Origin: Chiloscyllium plagiosum | Lineage: Eukaryota | Assembly: GCF_004010195.1 (NCBI RefSeq) | Contig: NC_057720.1 | Span: 35,204,711-35,268,710, forward strand | Reading direction: 5' to 3' | DNA: 64,000 nucleotides | Shown here: positions 11,334-24,308 of the stretch, piece by piece | Layout of the letters: the number at the start of each line of letters is the position of its first letter | Position numbering within the stretch: position 1 is the stretch's first letter | The notes under the pieces: generated by a model | Databases searched by the model: none | Told to the model about the DNA's origin: nothing | What the model saw: only the letters and a program-made list of their open reading frames with translations | Program-made: the position numbers and the translations under genes

Positions 11334-12990
11334 AACAGGACATTTCCAGAGATGGTGATTGTGTTGTCTGGGACTATTGAATGGAAGGTATGATTCCGTA
11401 TGATGATTCAGGCTAATGCATAAGCAGTCTGTGAGATGGCCCTCTTCGTTTTGGCACTAAATGTTAGTAAGGGAGGATTTGCAGGGATGACACAGTTATG
11501 CTTGCCAGTGTCATGTCCAGGTGGTCCATTTTATTTCATTCCCTTAATTGAGGCATTTAGCAAATTGATACAACTGAATGGCTTGCAACGCCATTTCAGA
11601 GGGCAGTTAAGAGTCAACCACATTGTTGTGGGCCTGGAGGCAAAACCAGACCAGGTAAAGATGGCAGGTTTCCTTCCCTAAAGCGCATCAGGAAACCAGA
11701 TAACTTTGTAAAATGCCAATGTTTCACAGCCAGCATTAGACTCTTATTTCCAGATTTTTTTTATTGAATTCAAGTTCCACTCTCTGCCACACGAGGATTT
11801 GAACCCAGGGACCCAGAGCTTTACCTGGTGTCTATAGTGGAGTAACCATACCATAACCTTCCTGTCTTCAAGATAACTTTAATCCTGTGCTATGAAGGTT
11901 TGTTTCCTAGCCTTAACCCATGCCTGTGGAGGGATTACCCTCAAGTTCTAACATAACTAATTGTCTCTGTACTGCACAGAGATGCCAATTGTCTTTTGTG
12001 ACAATGGCTCCTTCTTCACCTATTTCTCTGCAACTTTAAAAAAAGGAGTTTGAATTATGTCATTTTGACTTTAAACCAAGAAGTCAGTTGGCATATGCTT
12101 GTATGCATTATTTAGGAATAACATATAAAGAATATCCTATTCCTCATATTAAGTATTGAAATCCAACTTAATAATACATGGTATCTACTGACAGTAATTG
12201 GAATGTGTCTATTTGATAATTGGGAGTGATTAGAAGACTGTCACTTAACAAGATGTTCAAACAGAAAGAGGAACACCTAAAAATATTCTGCTTCCTCTCA
12301 TGGGGATAGGTTGAATTCTGAACAATGGTTCTGTCACAATTGCATAGCTATTAAAATCTAATTATTGGGGAATCCCAGTATAATTCCATCTCTGACAACT
12401 TTATGGTATATGGTAGTAGAGTACAAATCGAGCTATAGTTGTAGGACAAGATTATCAGGCATTATTTACAAATACAAACCATTTACTGGTAAATAATCAA
12501 AGTTGTTTCATCTGGCATTTTTCATTAAGCCTACAAAAAGACATTTTTAAGCACCCATGACTAAAATTGCACAGTCATAAATTATATGCTTTCTTTCAAA
12601 CATTTTAGAGATCAATAGACACCTGAGACATTTAAGTCAACATGTAAGACATCCCAATACAATTCATGAACTTTTTGGAACTGTTGAATCATTTCCTTTA
12701 ACTGAAATGAGTCTTTTAAAGACCTCGAAAGATTTAATGTTTCTCATACTGTCGCAGGAACTGCAGATCAATTTACCATTCCCCGTCTGTTCCTGGCCCC
12801 AAAACCAGAATCAACATCACTATCGCTACAACCAATAACAAAGGAACTGTCAGCTGCTTGAATAGTGCCGGGGTCCCTAGGGCCTTATCAGTTATACTAT
12901 GTTGTCATCCTTATTTAAAAGCTGATGGCAAAAGCCTTTCAGTGTTAAATGTCCTGTCTATAAGAATCTGCAAAGTATATTATTTTGAAG

Positions 12991-13081
12991 AACAAAGATA
13001 CATTGTTGGCACAGCCAACGGAAGATGAAATAACTCATAATTGCCGGAGCATCTTTTTTGTCAGACAAAGGACTCATTGTC
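12991..13081. promoter_or_regulatory. Candidate enhancer with two inverted SOXE-type dimer sites
   Basis: AACAAAG-ATA-CATTGTT (12991-13007) and GACAAAG-GACT-CATTGTC (13064-13081) in DNA with no recognisable repeat. Confidence 0.4.
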
Positions 13082-14994
13082 AAGGTATTAATAACCATTT
13101 CTCTTGCAAAAATACATGATGAGTTCTGTAGAAGGTACAGCGAAGTGATCCGGCTTACTTAATCAAAACTGGCTTGAGGCTTGCTTTGCTGTGGCCTCAG
13201 CAATTATTCCACAAGTGAACAGGCTTCTTAATTTACGTACAAAAATAAATTGTTGGCTTAATGTTCACTGCCCTCATGTGTTGCTTTACTTTTCTCTCAT
13301 TTACTATTTCTTTAATCGTACTCTTGTTACAATTTCTCTATCAGAATTCAGAAAAATGGTTCAGATCAATTTCACGTTTTCTCTCTATATTTGTTAGTAT
13401 AGCACCATTGTGCAAAGACCAGTTAACTCCAAGAGGCAATGCTCTCATGAATTTTATGTCTGAAGAAATTTTACTGAAACACCACTCTAAGCATATTCTG
13501 TTTTGTTGATAAAGAGGAGACATAAGCCAGATAAAGTAGCTTTCTGAATAATTGACCTTTGTGAAAAATCAACCTCCATTTGATAAATTTGGGTATTTTG
13601 ATAATGGAGAAATTGAGTAACCAGTGTGTGTGTGAACCAGGGATATTGCTGCATATGTCTATTGTACCTGCACATTCATTGTAATTGTCAGGTTTTAAAT
13701 ATTTTATTTTGTATTTCAATAAATCATATCAAGCCTTGTCCACACCTTAAGTCACAGTTTCATTATGAAAGTGAGTTGTGAATAAGGTACCCAGAGACTG
13801 AAACAAGAATTGCTTAGTTTGCATTGCTGATGTCACCCGTCAGAACTGGTGACAAGCTACTGTTGGTTCTAATGTTTTGCTGTAGGTGCCTTTGTTAAAC
13901 CTCATTTCCATTGTAAAAATATATATGTTCCTTCACTGTCCTAGTGGGTATAAGTCTCAGTCAACAACAGTCTCAGCTGAAACTCATCGTTCAAATGATC
14001 CCAGATTCAGGCCTTTCTTTGTGTTGAATCATGACTAATGCAGTGATCAATACAAAAGTCTTGAATTTGCTGTGATAAAACTATGGGTGATAGCAGCAGG
14101 GGAGCCTGCAATAGGATTCACTGACAACCAGGCAGTGGATTTCCTGCTGTCAGGCGTCTCAGTATTTTTGAAAGAAATTTCCCCTGAAAATCCTTGTATG
14201 GAGCGGATGTCCCACTCGAAGCCAGCAGCTCTTCAACTGGCAACTTATGGGCACCAATAGGTCTAAGGAAGGCTGGTTGGCTGACACCTTATCCTCCCAA
14301 CGGGAGCTCAGTGATGGACAGAAAGGCAATGGGGTAGCGACCCATTTTATCCCTTTTTACCGTAAAACACAGACATTAAGAATTTCTTAGGTGTCATATT
14401 TTCAAGCATTTTGAGATTTATCAGTCTCTCATCCATTTTTTTTAAAATTTATCTTTGCTGGCAATTTTCTCAATCTCACTAATAAATTGTCAACAGGCTT
14501 ATGTAGTTCCTATCTCAAGTTCAGAAATAAATACTGGTGGATCCAATGCTTTGACTTTGGGTGCAGATGTGAATTGAATTTCTCGAACCATTTTTCGCAA
14601 TTTTTATTGTTGTTTTCCTTCTGTTCTCAGCTATTGGAAAGATCTAAACATTTCTGTCCTGTCCACAAAAGCATGCAGATGACTCTTTCCTTTCTACTCA
14701 TGTCTTTTAGAGTATCAGTTCCTCTCAATTCATCATGGGCTGGAGCTGAGCATTCATTGCTGTGGTTCTGGTGTTTGTATTTTTGTCTGATTCACACAGA
14801 TCTTTCCTCTTTCTCTGACACTAACTGGAATGACTTTTTTCTCAAAAATCTAATTCAGCACTTATTTTGTTTAGTCACAACCACCTACTGCCACGTTGTT
14901 ATGTTTTATGTTCACAGAACTCTGAAAGAATGACACTGTTTCACACAGATACAGAGAGCTGACATTGAATATATTTCTAAGAACTCACCATGTA

Positions 14995-15746
14995 CAACGA
15001 TCAAGGGTATGGCTTATACAATTAGTGGTCCTTGAGTAGTGGTGTGGAACAGAGGGACCGAGGGGTGCAGGTACATAATTCTTTGAACTCTGTATTATGT
15101 ATCGAGGGGGTGATTAAAAAGGCATTTGGCATGCTTGTCTTCATTGCTCAGTCCTTTGAGTACAGGAGTTGGGAAGTTATGTTGAGGTTTTACAGGACAT
15201 TGGTGAAGCCACCTCTGGAGTACTATGTTCAGTTCTGGTCACCCAGTTCTAGGAAGGATAGAATCAAGCTTAAGAGGGTTCAGAAGAGACTTACCAGGAC
15301 ATTGCCATGTATGGAAGGTTTTAGTTATAAAGAAAGACTGGATAGGCTGGGATGTTTTTCACTGGAGTGTAGAATGTGAAGAGGCGATCTAATAGAAGTT
15401 TACAAAATAATGAGAGGAATAGATTCAGTTAATGGTAGTTGACTTTTCCCTAGGATGGGGAGTTTTAAGACTAGGGGGCATATTTTTAAGGTGAGAGGAG
15501 AGAAATTTACAAAAGCCTTTTTTTCACACGGAGGGTGGTTCGCATGTGGAATGAACATCCTGAGAAAGTGGTGGATGCGGGTACAATTATAACATTTTAA
15601 AAGACATTTAGATAGGTACATGAATAGGAAAGGTTTGAAGAGATATGGGTTAGGAGCAGGCAGGTGGGACTAGTTTAGTTTGGGATTATGTTCAGCTTGG
15701 ACTGGTTGGACTGAAGGGTCTGTTTCCATGTTGTATGACTCCATGT
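14995..15746 (+). mobile_element. CR1/HER1-type LINE 3' part
   Basis: EQRDRGVQVH, LEYYVQFWSP; 3' UTR GGACTGAAGGGTCTGTTTCC..TATGACTC. Confidence 0.95.
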
Positions 15747-16239
15747 ACTGTGGAATAATACATTATTGTTTTGGTACACTTACTGTACTGCAGTGGTGAG
15801 TGATGTGTCATTTACATGTGTACGTGTGCTTAACAATACAGTTCCAAAATCTTTTCCAGTAACATAGCAAGACAACACCCGCCTCTACTTTAAAATGATT
15901 GGTCTTCACCTCTTACTCAGGCTTTCTTGGCAGACCCAAGCAAGTCTGTTCATCCAACATCAATTTATGGGGGTAGGGGATCACCTTATAGAAACTAGGA
16001 GCTATTTGACTCTATCATCCAAATGATAAAGGCTGATCCTCAAACTCAACATTATATTCCCACTTATTCTTTGTAGCTAAAACTTTAGCAACCTCTTTCT
16101 TGAATGTGCAATTATAAGACTGATCCACTAGTATATTTGGAGGTGGAGGCACTCATAACATAAAATATGTAACTAGCCCACTGGCTCTTCAAAACCTGAT
16201 GTACAAAAAGCTCTAATTGGAAAAGACCAGCTCACAATA

Positions 16240-16568
16240 CAGGTGCACAATCCTTTATCCAAAATGCTTGGGACCGGCTGGTTTTCAGAATTCAGAATTT
16301 TTTGAATTTCAGAATAAGTGACAGTTTGATGGTGACATTTTTTTTAAACCTTACCAAACAGTAGACGCACTGTGAATTAAATGGGCTCTGAAACAGCATT
16401 AAGGCCTGCCAGTGCTGGGCCATGCCCCTACCCACGTCGCATCTGAGTGACACACATCAAGTGGGTGTGGAGTTGGGTTAGTTATTTGCACACCAAGCAA
16501 CCCTGTTAATGAGAAAGCTTTCAGAACTTTTCAGATTTCAAGATTTCAGATAAAGGGTTGTCTACCTG
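16240..16568. mobile_element. Tc1/mariner Tigger-like MITE
   Basis: Imperfect TIRs CAGGTGCACAATCCTTTATCCAAAAT / ATTTCAGATAAAGGGTTGTCTACCTG; TA on the left, TT on the right; no ORF. Confidence 0.85.
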
Positions 16569-16852
16569 TTCTGCTTTCTATTAACAATGTCAGAATACAC
16601 AAGGCATGAATACACAGCTGAAGATCCAAATAGCTAGCTTTTAGTTAAATCAAGAGAAAAGTAGCAGAACTGAGGTCATGATATAGAAACAAAATAAAGC
16701 GCACCAGATATGGAGAATGATGTGCACCATCATCTGGATGCCTCACTTTCCAAAACAGAGAAATTCACACAACCATTCCGATCAAGAGGTTGAGAAATAA
16801 GTCAGCAACCATTAGTTTGAAGTGGAAGCTTGAATTTGGAGTAGATATGAAC

Positions 16853-17010
16853 ATATCAACACATGAATTAGGAACAGGAGTAGACCATTTGGCCTAATCC
16901 ACCATTCTAAAATATCATGGCTGATCTGATTGTGATCCAGCTCCATATTCCCATCCACCCCAATATCCTTTGATTTTCTTGCCAATTTATCTATGTCTTA
17001 AGGATATTCT
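16853..17010 (-). mobile_element. Old CR1 3' UTR fragment
   Basis: AGGAACAGGAGTAGACCATTTGGCC and ATCATGGCTGATCTG match other CR1 tails in the window. Confidence 0.65.
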
Positions 17011-17504
17011 ACATGCAAAATAAGATCATCTAGATCAGAATATACAACAAGATCATCCCTGAAAATCTGAATAAACTGCTTAACAAAGGAAAGATAGTCT
17101 GACACCAAGTGACATCATGCTGATGGCATAAGTTGCAACAGACATACAACAGCTAGCAATGATCCAAATCAAAGGGAGACAAATAAATTATACATGACTC
17201 AAACAGATTGTCCTACTATCCTGGCATTAAGCAGTTGGAAAAAGCTGCAAGTTATCTCAGTTAAACTTGAGAGGAAGAAGGCAGAAAATCCATTGAAAAA
17301 TGCCTTCCAATCAAAGCAAGAAATGTCTTGTGTAAAAGTATCCAGAGAGTTCTGATGAGCTGGTTGGATGTGTTGAAGATGTTGAGTGTCACATGTCCAT
17401 TGATCTAGAGACATAATGTTCTCCAGGTGAAGTACGAAGAGAGATCAAAGGAAAGCTTGAAAAGTGCTCCTAGATATGGAAGGAAAGTAATTAATTGAAA
17501 GAGA

Positions 17505-19187
17505 CATAGATAGACTCATAGAGTCATAGAGATGTACAGCATGGAAACAGACCCTTCAGTTCAACCCGTCCATGCCGACCAGATATCCCAACCCAATCTA
17601 ATCCCACCTGCCAGCACCCGGCCCATATTCCTCCAAACCCTTCCTATTCATATACCCATCCAAATGCCTCTTAAATGTTGCAATTGTACCAGCCTCCACC
17701 ACTTCCTCTGGCAGCTCATTCCATACCCGTACCACTCTCTGTGTGAAAAAGTTGCCCCTTAGGTCTCTTTTATATCTTGCCCCTCTCACGCTAAAACTAT
17801 GCCCTCTAGTTCTGGACTCCCCGACCCCAGGGAAAAGACTTTGCCTATTTACCCTATCCATGCCCCTCATAATTTTGTAAACCTCTATAAGGTCACCTCT
17901 CAGCCTCCGACGCTCCAGGGAAAACAGCCCCAGACTGTTAAGCCTCTCCTTATAGCTCAAATCCTCCAACCCTGACAACAACTTGTAAATCTTTTCTGGA
18001 CCCTTTCAAGTTTCACAACATCTTTCCGATAGGAAGGAGACCAGAATTGCATGCAATATTCCAACAGTAGCCTAACCAATGTCCTATACAACCACAACAT
18101 GACCTCCCAACTCCTGTACTCAATACTCTGACCAATAAAGGAAAGCATACGAAATGCCTTCTTCACTATCATATCTACCTGCAACTCCACTTTCAAGGAG
18201 CTATGAACCTGCACTCCAAGGTCTCTTTGTTCAGCAACACTCCCTAGGACCTTACCATTAAGTCCTGATAAGATTGCTTTCCCAAAATGCAGCACCTCGT
18301 ATTTATCTGAATTAAACTCCATCTGCCACTTTGCAGCCCATTGGCCCATTTGGTCAAGATCCTGTTGTAATCTGAGGTAACCCTCTTCGCTGTCCACTAT
18401 GCCTCCAATTTTGGTGTCATCCGCAAACTTACTAACTGTACCCCTTATGCTCGCATCCAAATCATTTATGTAAAAAGTAGAGGACCCAGCACTGATCCTT
18501 GTGGCGCTCCACTAGTCACAGGCCTCCAGTCTTAAAAACAACCCTCCACCACCACTCTCTGTCTTCTACCTTGGAGCCAGTTTTGTATGCAAATGGATAA
18601 TTCTTTGTGTATTCCATGAGAATTTGTTAACCTTGCTAACCAGACTCCCATGGGGAACCTTGTCGAATGCCTTAATGAAGTCCATAAAGATCACATTTAC
18701 TGCTCTGCCCTCATCAATCCTCTTTGTTACTTCCTCAAAAAACTCAATCAAGTTTGTGAGACATGATTTCCCACGCACAAAGCCATGTTGACTATCCCTA
18801 ATCAGTCCTTGCCTTTCCAAATACATGTACATCCTGTCCCTCAGGATTTTCTCCAACAACTTCCCCACCACTAATGTCAGGGTCACTGGTCTATAGTTCC
18901 CTGCATTACCCTTACCACCCTTCTTAAACAGTGGCATCATGTTAGCCAACCTCCTGTCTTCCAGCACTTCACCTGTGACTATCGATGATACAAATATCTC
19001 AGCAAGAGGCCCAGCAAACACTTCTCTAGCTTCCCATAGAGTTCTAGGGTACACCTGATCAGGTCCTGGGGATTTATCCACCTTTACCCATTTCCACACA
19101 TCCAGTACTTCCTCCTCTGTAATGTGAACATTTTGCAAGATGTCACCATCTATTTCACTACAGGCTATATCATCCATATCCTTTTCA
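17505..19187 (-). mobile_element. CR1/HER1-type LINE, 5'-truncated, frameshifted RT
   Basis: KSPGPDQVYPR, QHGFVRGKSCLTNL, SKFADDTK, WNELP; (GACTCTAT)n tail. Confidence 0.97.
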
Positions 19188-19839
19188 AATATTGAAATTC
19201 TCCAGTCCTATATTGAAAGACAGAAAGAGCTCTAGACAGAAAAGGAAAGAGAAATAATTCAGAGAGTTCAAGGAGATAAAGACTTCCAGAGCCTTTCAGC
19301 ACCCCAGAATGAAAAGCTAGCAGAAGCGAACAAATTCTACCTGAGAAATACTGAGGGCTCAGCAGCACATAATGTGGCATGGGACAAAAGGAACATTTGG
19401 AAGAGCAACTGCATGCAGTAAGCTGAGGAGACATCCAAGAGGAAGATTCTGAAACAGCACATGTTTCAAATAAACAAGAACATGAGAAGAATAGAACGAG
19501 CATGCTGAGTTCAGGCAGCAGTTTAGCATACTGCAGATGTAGCTCAATATGGCAGTTATCACAGTTAGGGAATTATTTTCTGGATACTCATCTTAATCTG
19601 TGAGAAATGCTGGGATATTTAAAAAAGGAAATATAAAGTGCAATATAAGCAAGCAAAACTCAAAATCATTCAAACATGAATTAACAGTCAAATTGTACTC
19701 AATACAAATTTTAAGTCAGAATTTAACTAGCCACTACATCAGAAAAAGATCTGATAGATATACTGGCAGCTTTGACACCTATAATACACATTCAGCAACA
19801 ACGAAACACAATGTTGTTTTTGCAAAGTGTCATTTTTGT

Positions 19840-20270
19840 TCAGTTTTGTGGAGGGTCATTGCAGTGTCAGTCAACTGGAAGAATGCCCAGCTGTCTGGAG
19901 CAATGCCCAGTCACACTCACTCTACATCGGCCACTGCAACACCATCTACCAAGGTTCACACTCTTATTACTCTGACTAGTGCATGAAACATTTTCCCTCA
20001 CATGCTCTTACCCACTCAATTACCCAACATAACCAAACCTGCTTGATCTCTGTGCTGCATGCCTACTCGTTCAATCACTCACCCACTCAATATCTCACCT
20101 GCAACAGCACTAACAGCTGTGCCACCCACTTACCTCTCATTCAATCCCTCCCTTTCTCTCAGCCCAGGAAAAAACAGTCTGCAGTGGGGTGGAAAGAGGC
20201 AAGGTGGGTGGTAGGGTGCCTAATTCCCTACAAGGAGACGATCCTGACTCAAATCAACCTTGATAGACCA
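19840..20270 (+). pseudogene. Decayed Harbinger-associated Myb/SANT gene remnant
   Basis: LWRVIAVSVN, then a pyrimidine-rich spacer and acceptor, then EKT..ERGKVGG..LIPYKETIL; similar to 34575-35085 and 41375-41590. Confidence 0.45.
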
Positions 20271-20507
20271 AATGACTGAGCCCAAGGCCATGGACTGATA
20301 TCAGAAGCTCCCCTTGATGTCCTGTGCCAAGTCGCCCCAGACTGAAAGGTGGCTCCCTTTAGACTTTGAGACAAAACCATTTGCTTGAAGCACGTGCAGT
20401 GTGGCCAAATGATAGTGCCACATAATGCAGGTGTGAGATTAACGCTGCATGGTAATAAGCAGCACCAGATCTATCCCCTTGACTGATATCTGGTAATAAT
20501 CAGACAA

Positions 20508-20897
20508 TCATAGACACGTACAGCATCAAAACAGACCTTTTGGTCCAACTTATCCATGTTAAACAGATTTCCTAAGTTAATCTAGTCCCATTTGCCAGCA
20601 TTTGGTCCACATCCCTCTAAACCCTTCCTATTCATATACCCATCCAAATTATTTTTAAATGCTGTAATTGATTCAGATTCCACCACTTCTTCCAGCAGTT
20701 CATTCCATGCACACAACTCTGCAAGAAAGGGTTGCCCCTTTGGTCCCTTTTAAATCTTTCCCCTGTCACCTTAAACTTATGCTCACTAGTTTTGGACTCC
20801 CCTATCCAAGGAAAAAGACCTTGCCTATTTCCTATCCATGCCCCTCATGATTTTATAAACCTCCACAATGTCATCCCTCAGCCTCCAATACTCCAGC
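20508..20897 (-). mobile_element. CR1 3' fragment
   Basis: [22 protein letters not shown] plus CR1 3' UTR. Confidence 0.92.
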
Positions 20898-22099
20898 CAT
20901 GGCAAACTGCCTGGCATTGCGTCTGCTCTAAAGGCAAGTAACGGCAGAAATACTATGGACCTTTTAGCTCTGATTGAGGGGGCAAAATGATAAAAGGCAA
21001 GATAAGGCAGGGATGCTGAAAACATTCAGGTAGGTACTAAATGAGTAGGCACTAAGAAAGCAGGTGGTCAGCCTTGAGATGCAGCCTCACCCAATCTATG
21101 AGCTGGGTGTTTGTCCCTGTGCTCAAATGATCCTTGCAGTAGCCTTTCAATGATAGTTGATGGTGCATTCCATCATAGCAGTGCAGATGCTTACTGTAAC
21201 AGAATCAGAGATGTGCCATGCTGGTGCAGAGAGGTTGGTACATGTTGGATGCCAGTGTCTATCAATATGAGATATGTGTGGCCTTGCCCATGGAGAGTAC
21301 GCTGAGATGTCAGTGCTGAGGTCCAAGATGGAGGACTGGAGGAGGAAACAATGAGCTGTAGTCAAACAATACCTGCTCAGATTTCATTTCGGGAATTCTC
21401 GGTGTCTAGTTTCTATCTGATGTATGGGAGATTATAAGAATGTATATTAATGATGTGTAATTAAATAATAATGAGGGAGATATTGAGTAATAATCCTCAC
21501 CAACTGGCCTTTTTCCACTCGTCTTGACACCTGGAATTTAGTTGGAAAATGTGATTTTGTTTTCCTCCCAAAGTTGAGAAAGGCCTCACGCAACTACTCG
21601 CACAATTCTTCCAAAGTTCTTGCATTGTCCCTTTTTCAGGGCCTGGGAGGACTCAAACAAAAGTCTTTCAAACAGTGGGTTTCAAAACACTTCACTTCAA
21701 GCAATGTGAGGCCTTTCAAAACGCAATTCCACTTCACAGACATCGGTACTGACTGAAGCTGAAATACGTCTGTAACACTACATTCCCTGTGAGCCTTAGG
21801 CATTAGTTTTCTATGTGCAGTCCAAATCCCAACCACTCCTGATCTGATCATGCAAGATAAAAACTGAATCCCATTAATGCCTCTTATGCAACACTGGCCT
21901 ACCTGGGAAGAGGGAACATTACTGTTGAAGTCAGCTGCTATTTACCTATTACCTGCACATAACACAGGGACTGCCCACTTCAGGTCTGATGTCACAGCTA
22001 GAAACCAAATCTCTTTCCCAGACACCAGAAATTTTAGTTTATTTTTGTTCAGAAAAAGAAAGGCATCAAACTAAAGCACATCAACCAGGGCATCTGACA

Positions 22100-22474
22100 A
22101 GTTTCCATGGAGACAACCAGCCTCCCATCCTTTGCCTCAACCAGTACTTCCCACTGCATTGGGAAGACAACCAACATAATCTAAGACCCCTCCCACCCTG
22201 GTTATACCCTTTTGCAACCTGTTCTGTTGGGCAGAAGATATAAAAGTTTGAATACATGTACAAACAGATTCAAGAACAGCTTGTTCACTGCTGTTATCAG
22301 ATATTTGAATGGACCTCTTTAATGTTAATGTTGATCTCTCTCTGCACTTTCTCAGCAGCTGTAACATTGTAACCTACACTCTGTCTGTTACCCTGAGGCA
22401 CTTATATCTGCCTGTAAAGCACGTAATTCAACACTTACCTTGGTACATGTGACAGTGATAAATCAAATCAAATA
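22100..22474 (+). mobile_element. Rex1/Babar LINE 3' end
   Basis: DPSHPGYTLLQPVLLGRRYKSLNTCTNRFKNSLF.AVIR.LNG; tail ATAAATCAAATCAAAT. Confidence 0.85.
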
Positions 22475-22585
22475 ACAGCGTACACTTCCCCATGGATACA
22501 ACAAACTACAAGCTTCTTCACAATTGTTAATCTGTGTTCAATATATAATAAAAGTTAATAATTGATACATTCATAGTGATATATA

Positions 22586-22707
22586 GCATGTGGACTGCAG
22601 TGGTTCAAGAAGGCAGCTTGCCAACACCTTCTCAAGGGAATTTGGGATGGGCAATAAATATATGCCAGTCTAAGGTGCCCACATCCCATGAATGAATTAA
22701 AAAAAAG
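22586..22707 (+). mobile_element. 3' tail of the tRNA-headed LINE/SINE family
   Basis: GGACTGCAGTGGTTCAAGAAGGC..CTCAAGGG..GGGATGGGCAATAAAT..GAATGAATTAAAAAAA. Confidence 0.85.
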
Positions 22708-23340
22708 AGATGTTACATTATTTTAAAGGAGGAGAGCTGTTATATTGTTATATTATTCAAAAAGAGTTAGTAGCTATGTTACTTTTTACACATACACACG
22801 CAAATCCGAAATGCCACATCTCTCACAATTGTCTTACAACATGTAAAAGAGCAGGAATGCCACTCTGATGAGATCTGAGAAATGCATTTAATGTCAGCTT
22901 CAATATTTTTGTGAAGAGTATGATTACTCCAAACTACTGGGAACTAACAGACTCAAAAAGGGGTCTTGATCCATGCCCAGCATACGTGACGATGTCTCCA
23001 GCCTGGTGTTCAGAACTCAGCATATATGATGCAGATGGAATGTAGTGTTGGGGCAAGGGAATGTGCTTAACCATCATCTGATGCTATGTGTTCTCCACTA
23101 CAGATGCCTGCACTCAGAACAAATTGGGAACTCAGCCTGCACCAAGTCTAAACTCCATGAAATTGTTCAGTCTGAGGCTACACCAACCCATCATCCCCTC
23201 ACACCCTGAACAAGTGCAGGTCTATTCACTTCCGTGCTTGTGCACAATTAGACATGGAGTCACAGTGTGATGAACACAACACATACACATCCTTACAAGC
23301 TCTCTGATTGCTGAATGACTCTTGTCACGTCGACCATTCA

Positions 23341-24308
23341 CATAGAGCCATAGAGTCATAGAGATGTACAGCATGGAAACAGACCCTTCGGTCCAACCCG
23401 TCCATGCCGACCAGATATGCCAACCCAATCTAGTCCTACCTCCCAGCACCCGGCCCATATCCCTCCAAACCCTTTCTATTCATATACCCATCCAAATGCC
23501 TCTTAAATGTTGCAATTGTACCAGCCTCCACCACTTCCTCTGGCAGCTCATTCCATACATGTACCACTCTCTGTGTGAAACAGTTGCCCCATAGGTCTCC
23601 TCTATATCTTTCCCCTCTCATCCTAAACCTATGTCCTCTAGTTCTGGACTCCCCGACCCCAGGGAAAAGACTTTGCCTATTTACCCTATCCATGCCCCTC
23701 ATAATTTTGTAAACCTCTATAAGGTCACCCCTCAACCTCCAACGCTCCAGGGAAAACAGCCCCAGCCTGTTCAGCCTCTCCCTGTAGCTCAAATCCTCCA
23801 ACCCTGGCAACATNNNNNNNNNNNNNNNNNNNNNNNNNNNNNNNNNNNNNNNNNNNNNNNNNNNNNNNNNNNNNNNNNNNNNNNNNNNNNNNNNNNNNNN
23901 NNNNNNNNNNNNNNNNNNNNNNNNNNNNNNNNNNNNNNNNNNNNNNNNNNNNNNNNNNNNNNNNNNNNNNNNNNNNNNNNNNNNNNNNNNNNNNNNNNNN
24001 NNNNNNNNNNNNNNNNNNNNNNNNNNNNNNNNNNNNNNNNNNNNNNNNNNNNNNNNNNNNNNNNNNNNNNNNNNNNNNNNNNNNNNNNNNNNNNNNNNNN
24101 NNNNNNNNNNNNNNNNNNNNNNNNNNNNNNNNNNNNNNNNNNNNNNNNNNNNNNGATCCTTGTGGCACTCCACTGGTCACAGGCCTCCAGTCTGAAAAAC
24201 AACCCTCCACCACCACCTTCTGTCTTCTACCTTTGAGCCAGTTCTGTATCCAAATGACTAGTTCCCCCTGTATTCCGTGAGATCTAACATTGCTAATCAG
24301 TCTCACAT
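23341..24308 (-). mobile_element. CR1/HER1-type LINE spanning an assembly gap
   Basis: Very similar to 17505-19187; WRPVTSGVPQG, WNELPEEVVEAG; GACTCTAT tail. Confidence 0.95.
23814..24154. other. Assembly gap (341 N)
   Basis: Run of N. Confidence 1.

Larger units (their letters stand above)
9288..11858 (-). mobile_element. CR1/L2-group LINE with tRNA-like 5' head, internally deleted and decayed
   Basis: Head and body 11580-11858; APE N-terminus TESYL..VPDNTITISGNVL about 11335-11400; DIAKDMGPDNI, KSKQANY.SIS, AGVPQ RT remnants; C-terminus WNSL..LQQFKK..HHLLKGN and shared tail. Confidence 0.85.

Noticed and set aside
14487..14933. 148-aa ORF
   Set aside because: TTG start, F/L/S/C composition typical of T-rich non-coding DNA, no domain.
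23436..24306. Long ORFs across the N run
   Set aside because: Artefacts of translating N.
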